Part shown: positions 1-10,809 of the stretch, one piece after another
Layout of the letters: the number at the start of each line of letters is the position of its first letter
Position numbering within the stretch: the stretch's first letter is position 1
Source: Neophaeotheca triangularis
Lineage: Eukaryota
Assembly (NCBI GenBank): GCA_054600435.1
Contig: BAAIJX010000017.1
Span: 186,001 to 250,000, forward strand
Direction of reading: 5' to 3'
DNA: 64,000 nt
Made by a program: the position numbers and the translations under genes
The notes under the pieces: model-generated
Told to the model about the DNA's origin: nothing
Database searches by the model: none
Seen by the model: the letters and a program-made list of their open reading frames with translations, nothing else

Positions 1-1173
1 CTTGATGCGTTGACATTGCTACGCCAAAGCCAAAGCCAAAGCCAAGCCCGAGGCTGAAGGTCTGAGGTCATGACGTACCAACTGCCGCCTGTCAGTCCAG
101 GGAAGTCAATCATCACCAACTCACAGGCGATGTTCTTGGCAAAGGTATGTGACTATATGTATAATTCACCGCAAACCACTTTATGTGTGAGTGCACACAA
201 CAAACTTGAATTTACAAAACATGTCTTCCGGATGGTAACCACACAGACATCCCCTTTCGCTGACCCCCCTTAGATACCGTTACCAAGGTATAACCTGGGT
301 TCGATCCCTAGCTCTGTACACTTGGCAAAAGCAAACCAGCCTTCTAACCGGGTGCGAGTTCTGCTAAGTGGTTTCTTCTCCCATTGGGAGTTTCTTTTTG
401 CCCTTTTTTTGTGGCCTTTTGATCTACTTACTTCCAGCATATATTTAGCTATGACAGTTCAGCGGTCGTCGCCGCTAGAGGCAAAGTATCTACCCTGGGC
501 CACGAGCACCACGAGCGCACGGAAGAGTCACATCCGAGCCTTCATCCGAGCAAAGACGCTATCAGCGTGATTGGACAGCAACTATACGCGCTAGCCGACG
601 GACGTCTTGGCATTTTGAATGAAGCCAGACATTCACGGTATTGCGGCCCGTGCGTGGCGGATTCATCTCAATAGCAGATCTTACGCTTCACTTACCTCAC
701 TTCATGGCGCCCCAAATATCTCCAGAGTGAAGATCAAGACTCTTAGGTACTTGATCAAACAATCAGTGGTATTTGTGGGAATGTTGCGTTGTCAGGACGC
801 AGGCAGGGGCAAGCATGGTGTTGACAACTCCTTCACCATGGAGCTAACGATTGATGAGATGACCGATCTGATAAGATCAAGCTGCTTCGGCTTTGCATGT
901 CAATGCGGCGTGTTCTGCGAAAGGGACGTTCTTTTCGCTAGACATACCTGCAACTCTGGAAACCTGGCTCGTTGGTCAAGTGAATCCAGTGACATAATCG
1001 TAGAGTAGCGAGGTGTTTGAATCAATTCGGTACAGCATCAGCGGCAAAACTGTAGAACTGCTACCACCTATCAACAGAGACGTCCGTAACAATCCATCCA
1101 CACAAAAGGGCTAACGGCAACACGCAACCCAGCTTTGACTCTTCGTGCACCCTATCTAGAACATCAAGTCCAC

Positions 1174-2847
1174 CTACACCACCCTCCGACTAACCCTCCT
1201 ATTTTCCCTCTGCCTCACAATCTTCTTTCCCTCCCTTCTCTTCCTCTTCCAAGCCCTATTGTTCTCGCCCCTAGTCTCGTAGAAAAACTTCCTAAAAGCG
1301 CTCTCCTCTCCGTCAGCCCCTCCCTCCGCCGCTGGATTCTCTATTCCAGCACCAGTATTAGCCTCAGTATTACCCTTCAACTCCTTCGATGAACCCATTC
1401 CCTCGCCCGCACCATCTTCGTCTTCGTCTTCCTCGATATCTCCTTCCTGGGAGCCCCCGTTGGCCGTGCCGAAGCTGAAACTAAAGCGCTTACCTATGGC
1501 AGCTGTGTCGGGAGTGGGAGCTGCGCTGCGCTGGCCGCGCCACTCGAGGTCTTGCTTCGTGTGCGGAGTCTGCGGTGGCGCGCCAGGGCCTCGGGTTGCG
1601 CTCTCGTTGTCGATGTTATTGTCGTCGTTGTCGCCAGGCTCGGAGCCGAAGAAGCTGAAGGAGGTGTCGATGGCTAAGGGTCTAGGTTTGGAGGCCGAAG
1701 TGTCTGGGTTGGATCGCTTGTAGAGGGCTTCGAGAGGGTGGATGGCTTTCTTTGTCTCTTTAGCGGGTGTGCTTGGTTCAGCTTCAGGGCTGTCGGGGGC
1801 GGAGCTGTCGCTAGATGAGGCTTGATCGTCGGATGACGCCGCGCCATCGACATCCATTTTGTTGGCTTCATCGGCACCCTCCGCCTCTTCTTCCGCGTCC
1901 TCTTCGCCGGAGGATGAGTCATCCTGCTGTGATGATGTACTACTGCTCCGGTCTTTGGTGGCAGGCTCACCGTCCTCATCTTCATCGTGACTCTCATACA
2001 CTGGCTGACGAGACTGCTCGGGTGATTTGGCGGGGGATCGCTCAAAAGCCTTCCTTTCAGTCTCTTTCTCAGCCTTCCTCTCGGTCTTAGCAAGGGCCTT
2101 GGCCTCATGCCTCTCCCGCTTCCGGCGCATCTTCTCGGTCTCAGCCTCAATAACCTCACCGTCCTCACCAACCCACCCAACCCCGTCCACATAACCCTCC
2201 GCATTATGCAAATTCACCCCGTCCTTCAACGCAACCGGATTCTTATTCTTCGCAAACTCCTCCACCACGGCCTGCGACTTTCTCTTCTCCCGCCGTTTCT
2301 GCTTCTTCTCCTCCTTCGACTTCTTGTCCTTACTCTTCTTCGCACTCGACTCATCAGCACTAACACCCGTCGGCAGCCCAGCTCTGAATAGAAGCTTATC
2401 CTTCCTGTGTTCCTCTTTATCCGCCTTTCTTGCGGCCTTCGCGTCCTCACCCTTCCAACCCCTCTTCACGCGCCTGCCCTCCTCAATCTCATGGCCAGGG
2501 ATAACACCATCCTCTTTCCGCTTCTCCTTCTTTGCAAGCTTGCGAGCCTTGCGCTCAGCCTTCTCGTCCTCCCCTTCATCCTCAACATGCTTGCGCTTCT
2601 TCTCCGGTCTGGCTTCCTCAATCTGCACTTTCGAGCCCTTGAGCGTCGAGCCGTTGAGTTTGTTCTTGAGCTTCATGGCGTCTTGTTTCGGTAGTTCGAC
2701 GAAGCCAAACCCTTTTTCCGGAAAAGTCTGTACCGCGTGGAAGGAAACGTTGCTCGCTTTCGGTCGCAACGAGGCTGGGATGTAGCGTTCCAACAGGGAT
2801 TCGTTGAAGGGTGTGATGTGCAGCCGGGTGCGGTCGGGAGCGGTCAT
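1174..2847 (-). CDS. Nucleolar RRM-like protein (NOL8/Nop8- or Srp40-like) with K/E- and S/D-rich low-complexity regions
   Basis: Single 557-aa ORF. N-terminal degenerate RRM (RLHITPF...KGFGFVEL...KLNGSTLKGSKVQIEEARP), charged middle region, basic C-terminal tail. Confidence 0.75.
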   Translation of the reverse strand: MTAPDRTRLHITPFNESLLERYIPASLRPKASNVSFHAVQTFPEKGFGFVELPKQDAMKLKNKLNGSTLKGSKVQIEEARPEKKRKHVEDEGEDEKAERKARKLAKKEKRKEDGVIPGHEIEEGRRVKRGWKGEDAKAARKADKEEHRKDKLLFRAGLPTGVSADESSAKKSKDKKSKEEKKQKRREKRKSQAVVEEFAKNKNPVALKDGVNLHNAEGYVDGVGWVGEDGEVIEAETEKMRRKRERHEAKALAKTERKAEKETERKAFERSPAKSPEQSRQPVYESHDEDEDGEPATKDRSSSTSSQQDDSSSGEEDAEEEAEGADEANKMDVDGAASSDDQASSSDSSAPDSPEAEPSTPAKETKKAIHPLEALYKRSNPDTSASKPRPLAIDTSFSFFGSEPGDNDDNNIDNESATRGPGAPPQTPHTKQDLEWRGQRSAAPTPDTAAIGKRFSFSFGTANGGSQEGDIEEDEDEDGAGEGMGSSKELKGNTEANTGAGIENPAAEGGADGEESAFRKFFYETRGENNRAWKRKRREGKKIVRQRENRRVSRRVV

Positions 2848-3095
2848 GCTTTGGTCTAGATCAATAACATGCTCCTTACGATCTTGTAGAAATATGCCGC
2901 TGACGATAGATACGATCTTAACCGAATTAACCGTTTTCTTTCGATCAGAAGCTGAAGATGTGAAGTGGAAAAGAACTCAGTTTCCCACGCTTTGCGGACC
3001 GCGCCGCACCCCTGTCGTGTGCTCCACCAAGGACCAACTACATCTCAATGTCCATATCGCCATTATCTTCCAATAAATCCAGTGCAACTCCCAGA

Positions 3096-3659
3096 ATGCC
3101 GCAAATACAATTCAAACATCTCCTCATCTTCCTGACTTTCCTCACGTTCACCCTCGCAGCTTGTAAGCGCCCAAAACCCCCTCGCCGACCGAACTCCCCA
3201 CAACCCGACTAACCACCCCCCACCCTCACAGCTCCAACCTCGTTCTGCAAATGCACTTGCGCAAACAACAGCACTATTATCCCCCTAGACAGTTCCACCT
3301 CTTCTGACACGGATTCCTCTCAATCCAATCCCGATTCCAAAGCCTCAACTTCCAAGGATCAACCCCCACCCAAATCCCGCTCTTGCGCCGATTGCACTAA
3401 AAGCTTTTGTCTAAGCTACAATTTACCGATTTGCAAGGATGTGAAAGAAGAGGAGGTTTTTACAACGTGCTTCCAGCGAGATAGTGCGAAAGATGAGGCG
3501 GTGGTTTGGATTTTTCTGGCTGCGACGGTTGGGTTGCTGGGTTGGGCAGGGGTGAAGCCTGCGGTTCAGAGGTGGAAGGAGAAAAGGGAGAGAGGGGGCG
3601 TGGTTGGAAGGGGGCAGTATGCTCGAGTTGGAGGGCAGGGTGGTGGAAGAGGGGGCTAG
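3096..3659 (+). CDS. Small Cys-rich membrane protein (signal peptide, FCKCTC...CxDC...FC...C...CFQRDS, C-terminal TM); conserved fungal hypothetical
   Basis: Exon 1 3096-3162 (MPQIQFKHLLIFLTFLTFTLAA), intron 3163-3231 (GTAAGC..CTAAC..CAG), exon 2 3232-3659 in frame with track ORF 3441..3659. Confidence 0.8.
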
Positions 3660-3985
3660 GCCCGTGGAGAGAGGGAAGACAAAGAAGGCGGAGGCAGCAG
3701 GGTGCGCTTTGGTTTCGAGGATGAGGTTTATGGCGTTCGGAGCTGAAAGATTATGATACCCTCCTTGATTGGTTTGAATGAAGCACTGTGTTGGATACAC
3801 GTGGAAAGAACCGCTAAACTACTACTAACGCCCGAAAGCCATTCGCAAAAGGGTATTCCGATCCGTCATCTTAAAGCATCTGCGCCCAGCGCCTTCGCTG
3901 AAAACCTTAAAGATACCCATGTCGTAAAGAGAATGGAAGACATCTTGTGTGCTCCTTCCTTGCGCTGTGCTGGTAGGTCAACTGC

Positions 3986-6004
3986 TTACAGGAGCAGAGC
4001 CACACCTAAGCAAGCCAACATGCCCATCATCGCGTATGCAACGAGGTCCGACCCGTTGTGGCCGATCAAAGCCTTGCCCGAAGATTCCGCTTGCTCTTGC
4101 TGCTCGAACTCGCTGGTGACGGGCGTAGCACTGGTCGTCTGAGCAACATTGGTTACCCGTGCTATTCCGGCAGTTGTCGTGTCGTTGGGACTGTTGGTTG
4201 TTGACGAAGCTGTTGTAACAGTAGAAGCATCGAAAAGCAAACCCGTCGCCTTGAATGTGTTGATGTCGATTGAGGAGTAAGACTGGTCCGCGCCGGTGTA
4301 CACTTTCGACAGAGACGCTGGGAAAGGCTCGTCATCAACTTCGCGAACCACGGTCTGGCTTGGAACAAGAGGGTTCACGAGCGTAACAAGTCCGGAAACC
4401 GGATTGCCCGTTATCGTGGTACCCGCATAAGCAAGTTCGACAGTCGTAGTAGTCTTAAAAACCGTTAGCAAGGTAAGGCTTGACTCGCGAGGCTCTACGA
4501 GAATGCTTACAGGCGAAGCCGTGATAGTGGTAGTGGGCTCGTATTCTGTCCAGGTTCCCGTAAGGCGGCCGAAGAAGCTGAGGATCTGGTATCTTTGTCT
4601 CTTTGCCAGGTGAGTTCCGACAGGGCTTTCTGTCACGACGATCGTCGGACTGGGATGGAAGCTGAATGAACGCGGGCTGAAAGTGAACTTCGGGTTCTCC
4701 GTGAATCGGCCTGTCGTTGGCTTAAATTCAATCTCGAGCGACGCTTCTACCTCTATCGAAGGGGTTGGGTTCCAGTTCTTCGCCATAGCAGTGAGGATCT
4801 CGATGTCCGCAGGGTCAAGTCCTTGCGTCAAAGCATCGATGGGGTCCGCCGTGGGAGTCAGTGTGGTAGAGCAAGAGGTCGAAGTAGTCGGTTGGAAAGA
4901 GATGGCGGGAGGATTGCGCTCGATGAGCTTGTCTCCAGGTGGAACAATACTGGCGAAAGAGCAGGTGCCGTAGGGGTTGCCAAGACAGACTTCGTTGGCG
5001 CAGTACTCGGAAGAGAAGCCGCAGTATCCTTGACTAATTAGCGACGGCACGCTGTGAAGAGTGAAAGACTCTTTCTCATACCGAAGATGCTGCAGCATGA
5101 GCCGCCCGGGAACCCAGCGCACGTTCTGCCTCCGCCGTTCGGACCACATCTCCCGTTGCGGGAGATGGGCAGTGCGACCGCTGACTTGGCGTTGACGGGA
5201 GTCTCCGCCAAGGTTTCGAGCTCTGCGGCGGTGAAGTTGCGAGAAGCAGAGAAGTCGTCGGTATCTCTGTACCAGATGACCTTCCCTGGCTTTGACCAGG
5301 GTGCGCCGAAAGAGCTGATCGAATGGCAGAAGAGCGTAGAGGTGCAACGGCCTTGATTGCATTAGTGAATGCAATGTATAGTAGCATGTTGCTTTTGATT
5401 CAAGCATACCACTGTAGCTGCAGCAGTCTCCCCAGCCGGAGCCACCACACCTGCGGCCCTTGGAAGGGCCGCAGGTGCCGTCGGTGGTGACCGGCGGGTT
5501 GACCTCGCTGTCGGCGACGGCGGGAGCGGCAGGGACGAGAGCGGGCGTGGGTTCGACGTTTTCGGCCTCTGGGAGAGGAGACGGCAGCAGGAAGAGGCCC
5601 TCCTCAGGCTCAGACTCAGGCTGGTCGGACCCTGGGCACCCCTCGCAAGGGATCGAGGGGCCCCTTGTCCAGCAGACCGGGTCTGCCAGAGAATTCAGCT
5701 TTGTTTTTGTCGTGGAACGTTGACTTGTGTGCGACTTACGTTCACCTCCGCCGACGCAGTAACAACAGAAAGGCACAGCGCGCCGGTGGACGGCGGCGGA
5801 AAGAGAGTCGGCAAGAAGAGAGGTGGTGGCGGAAGCGCCACCGGCTGTTGCCATCTTGGTGATGGCGGAGACCGTCGGCATGGCCGACCCAGCGACGACA
5901 CCGATGGCCGCAGCCATGGTTCCGGCAGTGACTGTCGTCGTCGCTTCGGCGACGACGACAGTCAGCATGCCTAGCAAGGCAGCCGCTATCTCGAAATTGC
6001 GCAT
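3986..6004 (-). CDS. Secreted, probably GPI-anchored protein with two hevein-like CBM18 chitin-binding modules and an S/T-rich stalk
   Basis: Signal peptide; CBM18 motifs DGTCGP..CGGSGWGDCCSYSG and (after splicing) NGRCGPNGGGRTCAGFPGGSCCSIFGYCG; introns 5683-5739, 5352-5409, 5029-5081; hydrophobic C-terminus. Confidence 0.8.
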   Translation of the reverse strand: MRNFEIAAALLGMLTVVVAEATTTVTAGTMAAAIGVVAGSAMPTVSAITKMATAGGASATTSLLADSLSAAVHRRAVPFCCYCVGGGERKSHTSQRSTTKTKLNSLADPVCWTRGPSIPCEGCPGSDQPESEPEEGLFLLPSPLPEAENVEPTPALVPAAPAVADSEVNPPVTTDGTCGPSKGRRCGGSGWGDCCSYSGMLESKATCYYTLHSLMQSRPLHLYALLPFDQLFRRTLVKAREGHLVQRYRRLLCFSQLHRRRARNLGGDSRQRQVSGRTAHLPQREMWSERRRQNVRWVPGRLMLQHLRYEKESFTLHSVPSLISQGYCGFSSEYCANEVCLGNPYGTCSFASIVPPGDKLIERNPPAISFQPTTSTSCSTTLTPTADPIDALTQGLDPADIEILTAMAKNWNPTPSIEVEASLEIEFKPTTGRFTENPKFTFSPRSFSFHPSPTIVVTESPVGTHLAKRQRYQILSFFGRLTGTWTEYEPTTTITASPVSILVEPRESSLTLLTVFKTTTTVELAYAGTTITGNPVSGLVTLVNPLVPSQTVVREVDDEPFPASLSKVYTGADQSYSSIDINTFKATGLLFDASTVTTASSTTNSPNDTTTAGIARVTNVAQTTSATPVTSEFEQQEQAESSGKALIGHNGSDLVAYAMMGMLACLGVALLL

Positions 6005-7768
6005 TGTGCGCTGTCGAAATGGGCTTTCAGCGCGTCAGTGACGTTGTGGTTTTGCGTTTCACTGAAGAAACACAATAATCATTATGTGTAGTGTATACTG
6101 ACTGGTATGTGGTATGTGTGGTGAAAGAGAATGCTTGAAGGTATCTTAGGTGGTGTTGTAGACAAGTTGTGGTGAGGGTGGAGGGAGAAGAAAGGAAGAA
6201 GGTGAGCGGTGGCAGCGGAGCGGATTTTGTAGGCAGGCCAGGATTTAGAGTTTGATGCTCCCGCTGCAGGACCACGAGTGCTCCTTGGCGCGGTATCTCC
6301 CATACTGCTGTGCCTGAGGTTGCAGTGGCTCGCAGAAGATCTCACTGGGAGAGGTCTGTACGGTCCTTGTTCTCTGACTTCCCTCCAGGTTTTGGGGCAG
6401 AGGGAGTCCTGGTCGGTCGTCTGCCGTGATCATGAGGTTTTTCGAGTGGTTTGGAGGTGCAGTAAGCACCGTACCTCTTCTACTTCATACCACGAGGGTG
6501 CTTTTGATCATGCGGAGTTCTCATTGTGCCGCGCTTGCTCCTGCTCAGCGCTCCAGCCCTTTTGAAGTCCCGAAGACTGAGCGCATCTGCAAGCAGTGAA
6601 GTCGTACGGTTGGATTGTGAGGGAAATGGGCACACTTCTCAGTTAGCTCAGGGCCAGGGACACACTGGATACTCGCGTGAGCATTCGATTCACAGGACCC
6701 AGCGCCGTTATTGGTCTCCAAACACCCTCAAAGATTTCGAGGCAAGCTGTAATAACACCAGAAACTGCGAGGGCAGATAGCTGGGCAACAACCCACCCTA
6801 AGTCTCCTTTACCTAGTCGACTTCGAGACCGCGATGATCTTCAGCCTTTCTGCATTTCATATTCGGCCCTTGATCCTCAACTTCCTGGTGCTCTTTACGG
6901 AAGAATCTCCCTGCGTCAACCGTGAGTTCATGTAGCCCAATCCCTGGGCCGTCGACCACTCCATTCATTCTGTGCAGGGAACAGAGCGACCCCGGCCAAC
7001 GCAATGAGGGCAGAGAAACGCATGACCTGAAAGATCAATGTTGCATCGGGTCGTGAAGAGTCGGGAATGTACTGAGTGTCTGCTTAGCATGAAAGTCTAG
7101 CCCAGCGAATCCAGCTTCTTTCCGCTCTTGCGAACCAGAAAGATATGCGCAAAGAGTATTGAGGGCATACTGCTGGTGAAAGTTGTTTCTTCTTGGTGCA
7201 TAGCCAGAGATATGCGAACGACAAGTCCTCAGTCACTGGCTTCTCCGCTTCCGTCACGTCTTCGCCAAAAGAGGGGCCTGCGATGTGTTACTTATACGCT
7301 TGATGGGAGGTATTACCCGCGGAACAGGTATACGAGTCATTAAGACGTTGGCCGAAAGAAGAGGGCGACTACGAGATGGGCTCAGCTAGGCAGGCATCAG
7401 CAACGTTCCTATCTTCCTTGTTCCCAGTAGACAAGAGCTATCCGCAGAAGCCAGGGGCAAGCTGTCGTAAGTCTCTCCGGCGATTGCAGACGGAATGTCA
7501 AAATGTCGTCGTGGCCTAGGGGACAAACGGCGGGTCAGAGGCGTGTGGCAATAAGACAGAACGGCGGCCCATTTCCAGAGCAAACATCAAACCCATCCCG
7601 TGGCGTAATCGATCGTTCTAGAAGATCCTCGCGGGTCGAGGGGGTAATGCGCAAAACGTACTTCTATTCTCATAGGCTAGCGCCTTCGCTACCCTACCAA
7701 AGTGCTTTACCGATAGTAAGGCCGCCACAAACAGGACCTAAATCCACCGTACGGCGACGCTTTCAAGC

Positions 7769-8653
7769 TCAATCCTTGTACATATCCTCCAAATACGCGA
7801 CCATCCGTCTCCTCAACGCGACCAATTCCCCTCCCGTAACCTTCCCCTTCCCCTCACCACCCCCAACCTCCCCATCAGCCATAACAAGCTCCCCTGGCGT
7901 ACCAAAAAACGGCACTCCTAACCCCTTCAACTCCGAAGTCATCGCCCATTCCATACTCAACAGCGCAGCGTAAATTTTCTCGTCAAAAGCCCTCAACTCA
8001 GCGTCCTTGTCGACTTCATCCGCTTTTTCGCCGCTCGCACTGGCAAGGGTGGACTGGCTTTGGCCCCCTTTGACGCCGGCGAGCAGTGAGAGCGCTTTCG
8101 CAGCGGAAGCGGATCGCGCGGCTTGGTTTTGTTTCAAAGCTTGGCGCTCGCTGTACCAGCGCATTTCGTTGCGTTTCTGGTCGGCGATCATCTGAGCAGT
8201 AGGAAAGAGGAGATGTCAATGCGGTCTTTGGACAAGGGGAGGGAGGTGGGAGGGAAGGGAGGGGCTTTTCTAGGCCAAGCTTACCCTGCGGATACTAGTG
8301 GCGAAGCTTTGATTTTGTGCGGCAATTTTTGTCACGCAGCGGAGAGCTTCCGGCCAGGTGATGATGGTAGCTGGATCTATCGTGGGGCGTGGAGAGGCTG
8401 TTGAAGTTCTCTGTTGTTGGGGTGTGCTGCTTCCTTGCTGGGGGCGATTACTTAGACGAGGGTCGTAGGGCTTTTCAAAAGGGGCCTGCGATGAAAGAGC
8501 GGGTTGGTCGATGGATGGACTGGAAGCCTTATGGACAGTGCTCTCTTGGAGGGTGGGAGTGAGGGTGCTGTCATTCTGCGGTGTGTATTGCGATAGTGTT
8601 GCGAGAATGGACGCGATGTCTGGCAGGGCGTTTTGCTGTCCGTTTGATGCCAT
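7769..8653 (-). CDS. DUF2458-type fungal protein
   Basis: Two exons (8653-8285, 8191-7769) joined by intron 8192-8284 (GTAAGC..CAG). Motifs IDPATIITWPEALRCV, MIADQKRNE..W, ELRAFDEKIYAA...LGVPFF. Confidence 0.75.
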
Positions 8654-9031
8654 GTTGGACAATGCGCCTATCGTTCCAAAGGTTAATGAAAGCGATGAGC
8701 CAATTGTTTAGGTTTTAAGCGCCTTTTGCGTGCAGTTCGTCAATGTTTTTTGAGTGATTGACCGAACGAACGATTTCCGAAATAGATGGGTTTGTCGAAG
8801 AACAGACAAGTGAGGTCAAGCTCGGAAAGGCAAGGGAAAGCGCCAAGATATCTGCAATGATGCATGCATTGAAGCTGCAGGGAGAGAGACGACAGATCAA
8901 AAGTTCACAGCCCTCTGGTTCGTAACCCCCAACTTAACCACCACTGCGAACCCATTCACAAACCATTAATAACCACCAATACAACCACCTCAACACCAAT
9001 CAATCCCTGGAGCCCTCGAAAAACCGCAGGG

Positions 9032-9871
9032 ATGCCGCGCACCCCCACCGACGCAACTCGCTTCACAGCAACGCACCCACACATCTCCTCGCAGCCCTCA
9101 GCCTTCGCCTCGAACCCGACACCGAGCTCATCCCCAACCTCCCAAAACCCTTCCAAACAACCCCCTTCCCGCATCGCGCACCTCGCCGGTCCGGCGCCGG
9201 AAAACGAAACCCCGCAACAAAAAATCCTCCGCCTCCGACGAGCCGCGGCCGCGGCGCGCCAAACTCCCGAACACAATTTCGACCGCGCGGTGCGTATTGG
9301 GCGCGTCTGGGCGGACCGCGTGCACCGTGTGACGGCATGGGGACTGATAGGGCTCACGGGGGTTTGTGGGGTGGTGGCCGCGGTCGGCATTACTGATATG
9401 CTGGTGCATAATCGGAATAGGCGGAATGAGTGGTTGGCGCAGAAGCGGTTGGAGAGTGCGAGGGATTTGGAGGTTGCGAGAAGAGATTTGGAGAGGGGGG
9501 TCGCAAATGAGGAGCAAGTTTTGCTGATTAATAGGGAACGGGTGAGGGTTGAGGCGGAGGAGGCGAAGAAGAGGCAGCCCGGGTTGTTTAAGAGGGTTTT
9601 TGGGGGTGGGGATGAAGAGGGGAAGGAGGGGGAGGCGCTTGTGAGGTTTAAGGACGGTGGAGGGGAGGGCGAGGGGAAGGGAATGCTGGGTGCGGCTGAG
9701 GAGACTGTGCAGGCTGTTGAGGCTAGGGTGCAGAGCGAGAGGCGGTCGGGCGAAAGGGTCACGGAAGTGTTGAGACCAATGGGAGGACCGCTTGACAGGG
9801 AAGCTGAGGCTGCCACTAAGGCGGTTGTGGGTACGGGTGAGAGCTGGACGAGCTGGTTGACGGGGCGGTGA
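9032..9871 (+). CDS. Cytochrome c oxidase assembly protein, Cox14-family-like
   Basis: 279-aa ORF; DATRFTAT, ETPQQKI.RLR and GRVWADRVHR followed by one TM segment and HNRNRR. Confidence 0.7.
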   Translation: MPRTPTDATRFTATHPHISSQPSAFASNPTPSSSPTSQNPSKQPPSRIAHLAGPAPENETPQQKILRLRRAAAAARQTPEHNFDRAVRIGRVWADRVHRVTAWGLIGLTGVCGVVAAVGITDMLVHNRNRRNEWLAQKRLESARDLEVARRDLERGVANEEQVLLINRERVRVEAEEAKKRQPGLFKRVFGGGDEEGKEGEALVRFKDGGGEGEGKGMLGAAEETVQAVEARVQSERRSGERVTEVLRPMGGPLDREAEAATKAVVGTGESWTSWLTGR

Positions 9872-10809
9872 TTGACTGTCATCTCATAACTTTCTTGTAC
9901 GTTTTCTGAGGTTGCATAGCGAAAAGGATAGAGTGTACAATACCGCCGTACGGCAATGTACATATGGCAGAAGGCGTAGGCTCTTCGTTGGGTTCATGCT
10001 CCGAGCAACATCACTTTATTCCGCATTCCCACCACCAACGAAACCAACCCTGCTTCCCGTTACCACCGCTCGCTCTTGCGGATAGGATGAAAGATCGCTA
10101 GGACTTTGCGCTCTGGCCTCTCCGTTATCATTCAGTTCTCCGCTAAAAGAGAATGAATACTGGCTAGGTTTTATAACCCTCATACTCACGAGACATAGCG
10201 AGCCTCGAAGGGTTTAGAAACACGATGTTACAGGCAACGCGACGACTTGAATAAAGGCGAGCCGAAAGTTGGGATGGTTGCGCTACGAGGGTTCGAGTTT
10301 GGGTGAGGGCTTTTGTGTCAGGGGAAGATGTACACTACTGCAGTGCCTTGAGAATGATTTAAAGTGAGGACTTGTCGTAGACTTTCGCGTTTTGGTGCAT
10401 AGGTTGCTCATGGTTCCAAGGGGTAGTCAGGGTTCAGACATGCGCTCGCGACATTGACATATTGTATACAGCCAGCCAGATGGACAGACAACTTGGTGTC
10501 ATTGAGAAAGCAACGTCAGATTCACAGCAGTGTTTCATTACGACTACCGTGCTGTCTCATGCAAGCACTACTATACGACACTGCCGCAAACCCGCCACCC
10601 ACACCGCCCCGAAGAGGGGATTAAAGCAGCGGAAATGCTAAAGCCGGGCACACGCTGCGACAATACACGAGCGGCCCGTTAAGCAAAGCAAGCGCAAGGG
10701 GGAAACGAGCACTCCCATGTCCCTATACGCAAGCCCGCAAGCAAAGCAAGCAAAGTATCCACCCACCTCCACCCATGACACCCTCAAACGCTACGTACAT
10801 CCGCGGCAG

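Noticed and set aside
230..320. Complete tRNA gene
   Set aside because: The T-arm is good, but no acceptor-stem partner, D-arm or anticodon arm could be built; kept only as a B-box finding.
8956..9963. 335-aa minus-strand ORF
   Set aside because: Antisense shadow of the COX14-like gene; S/P-rich with no motifs.
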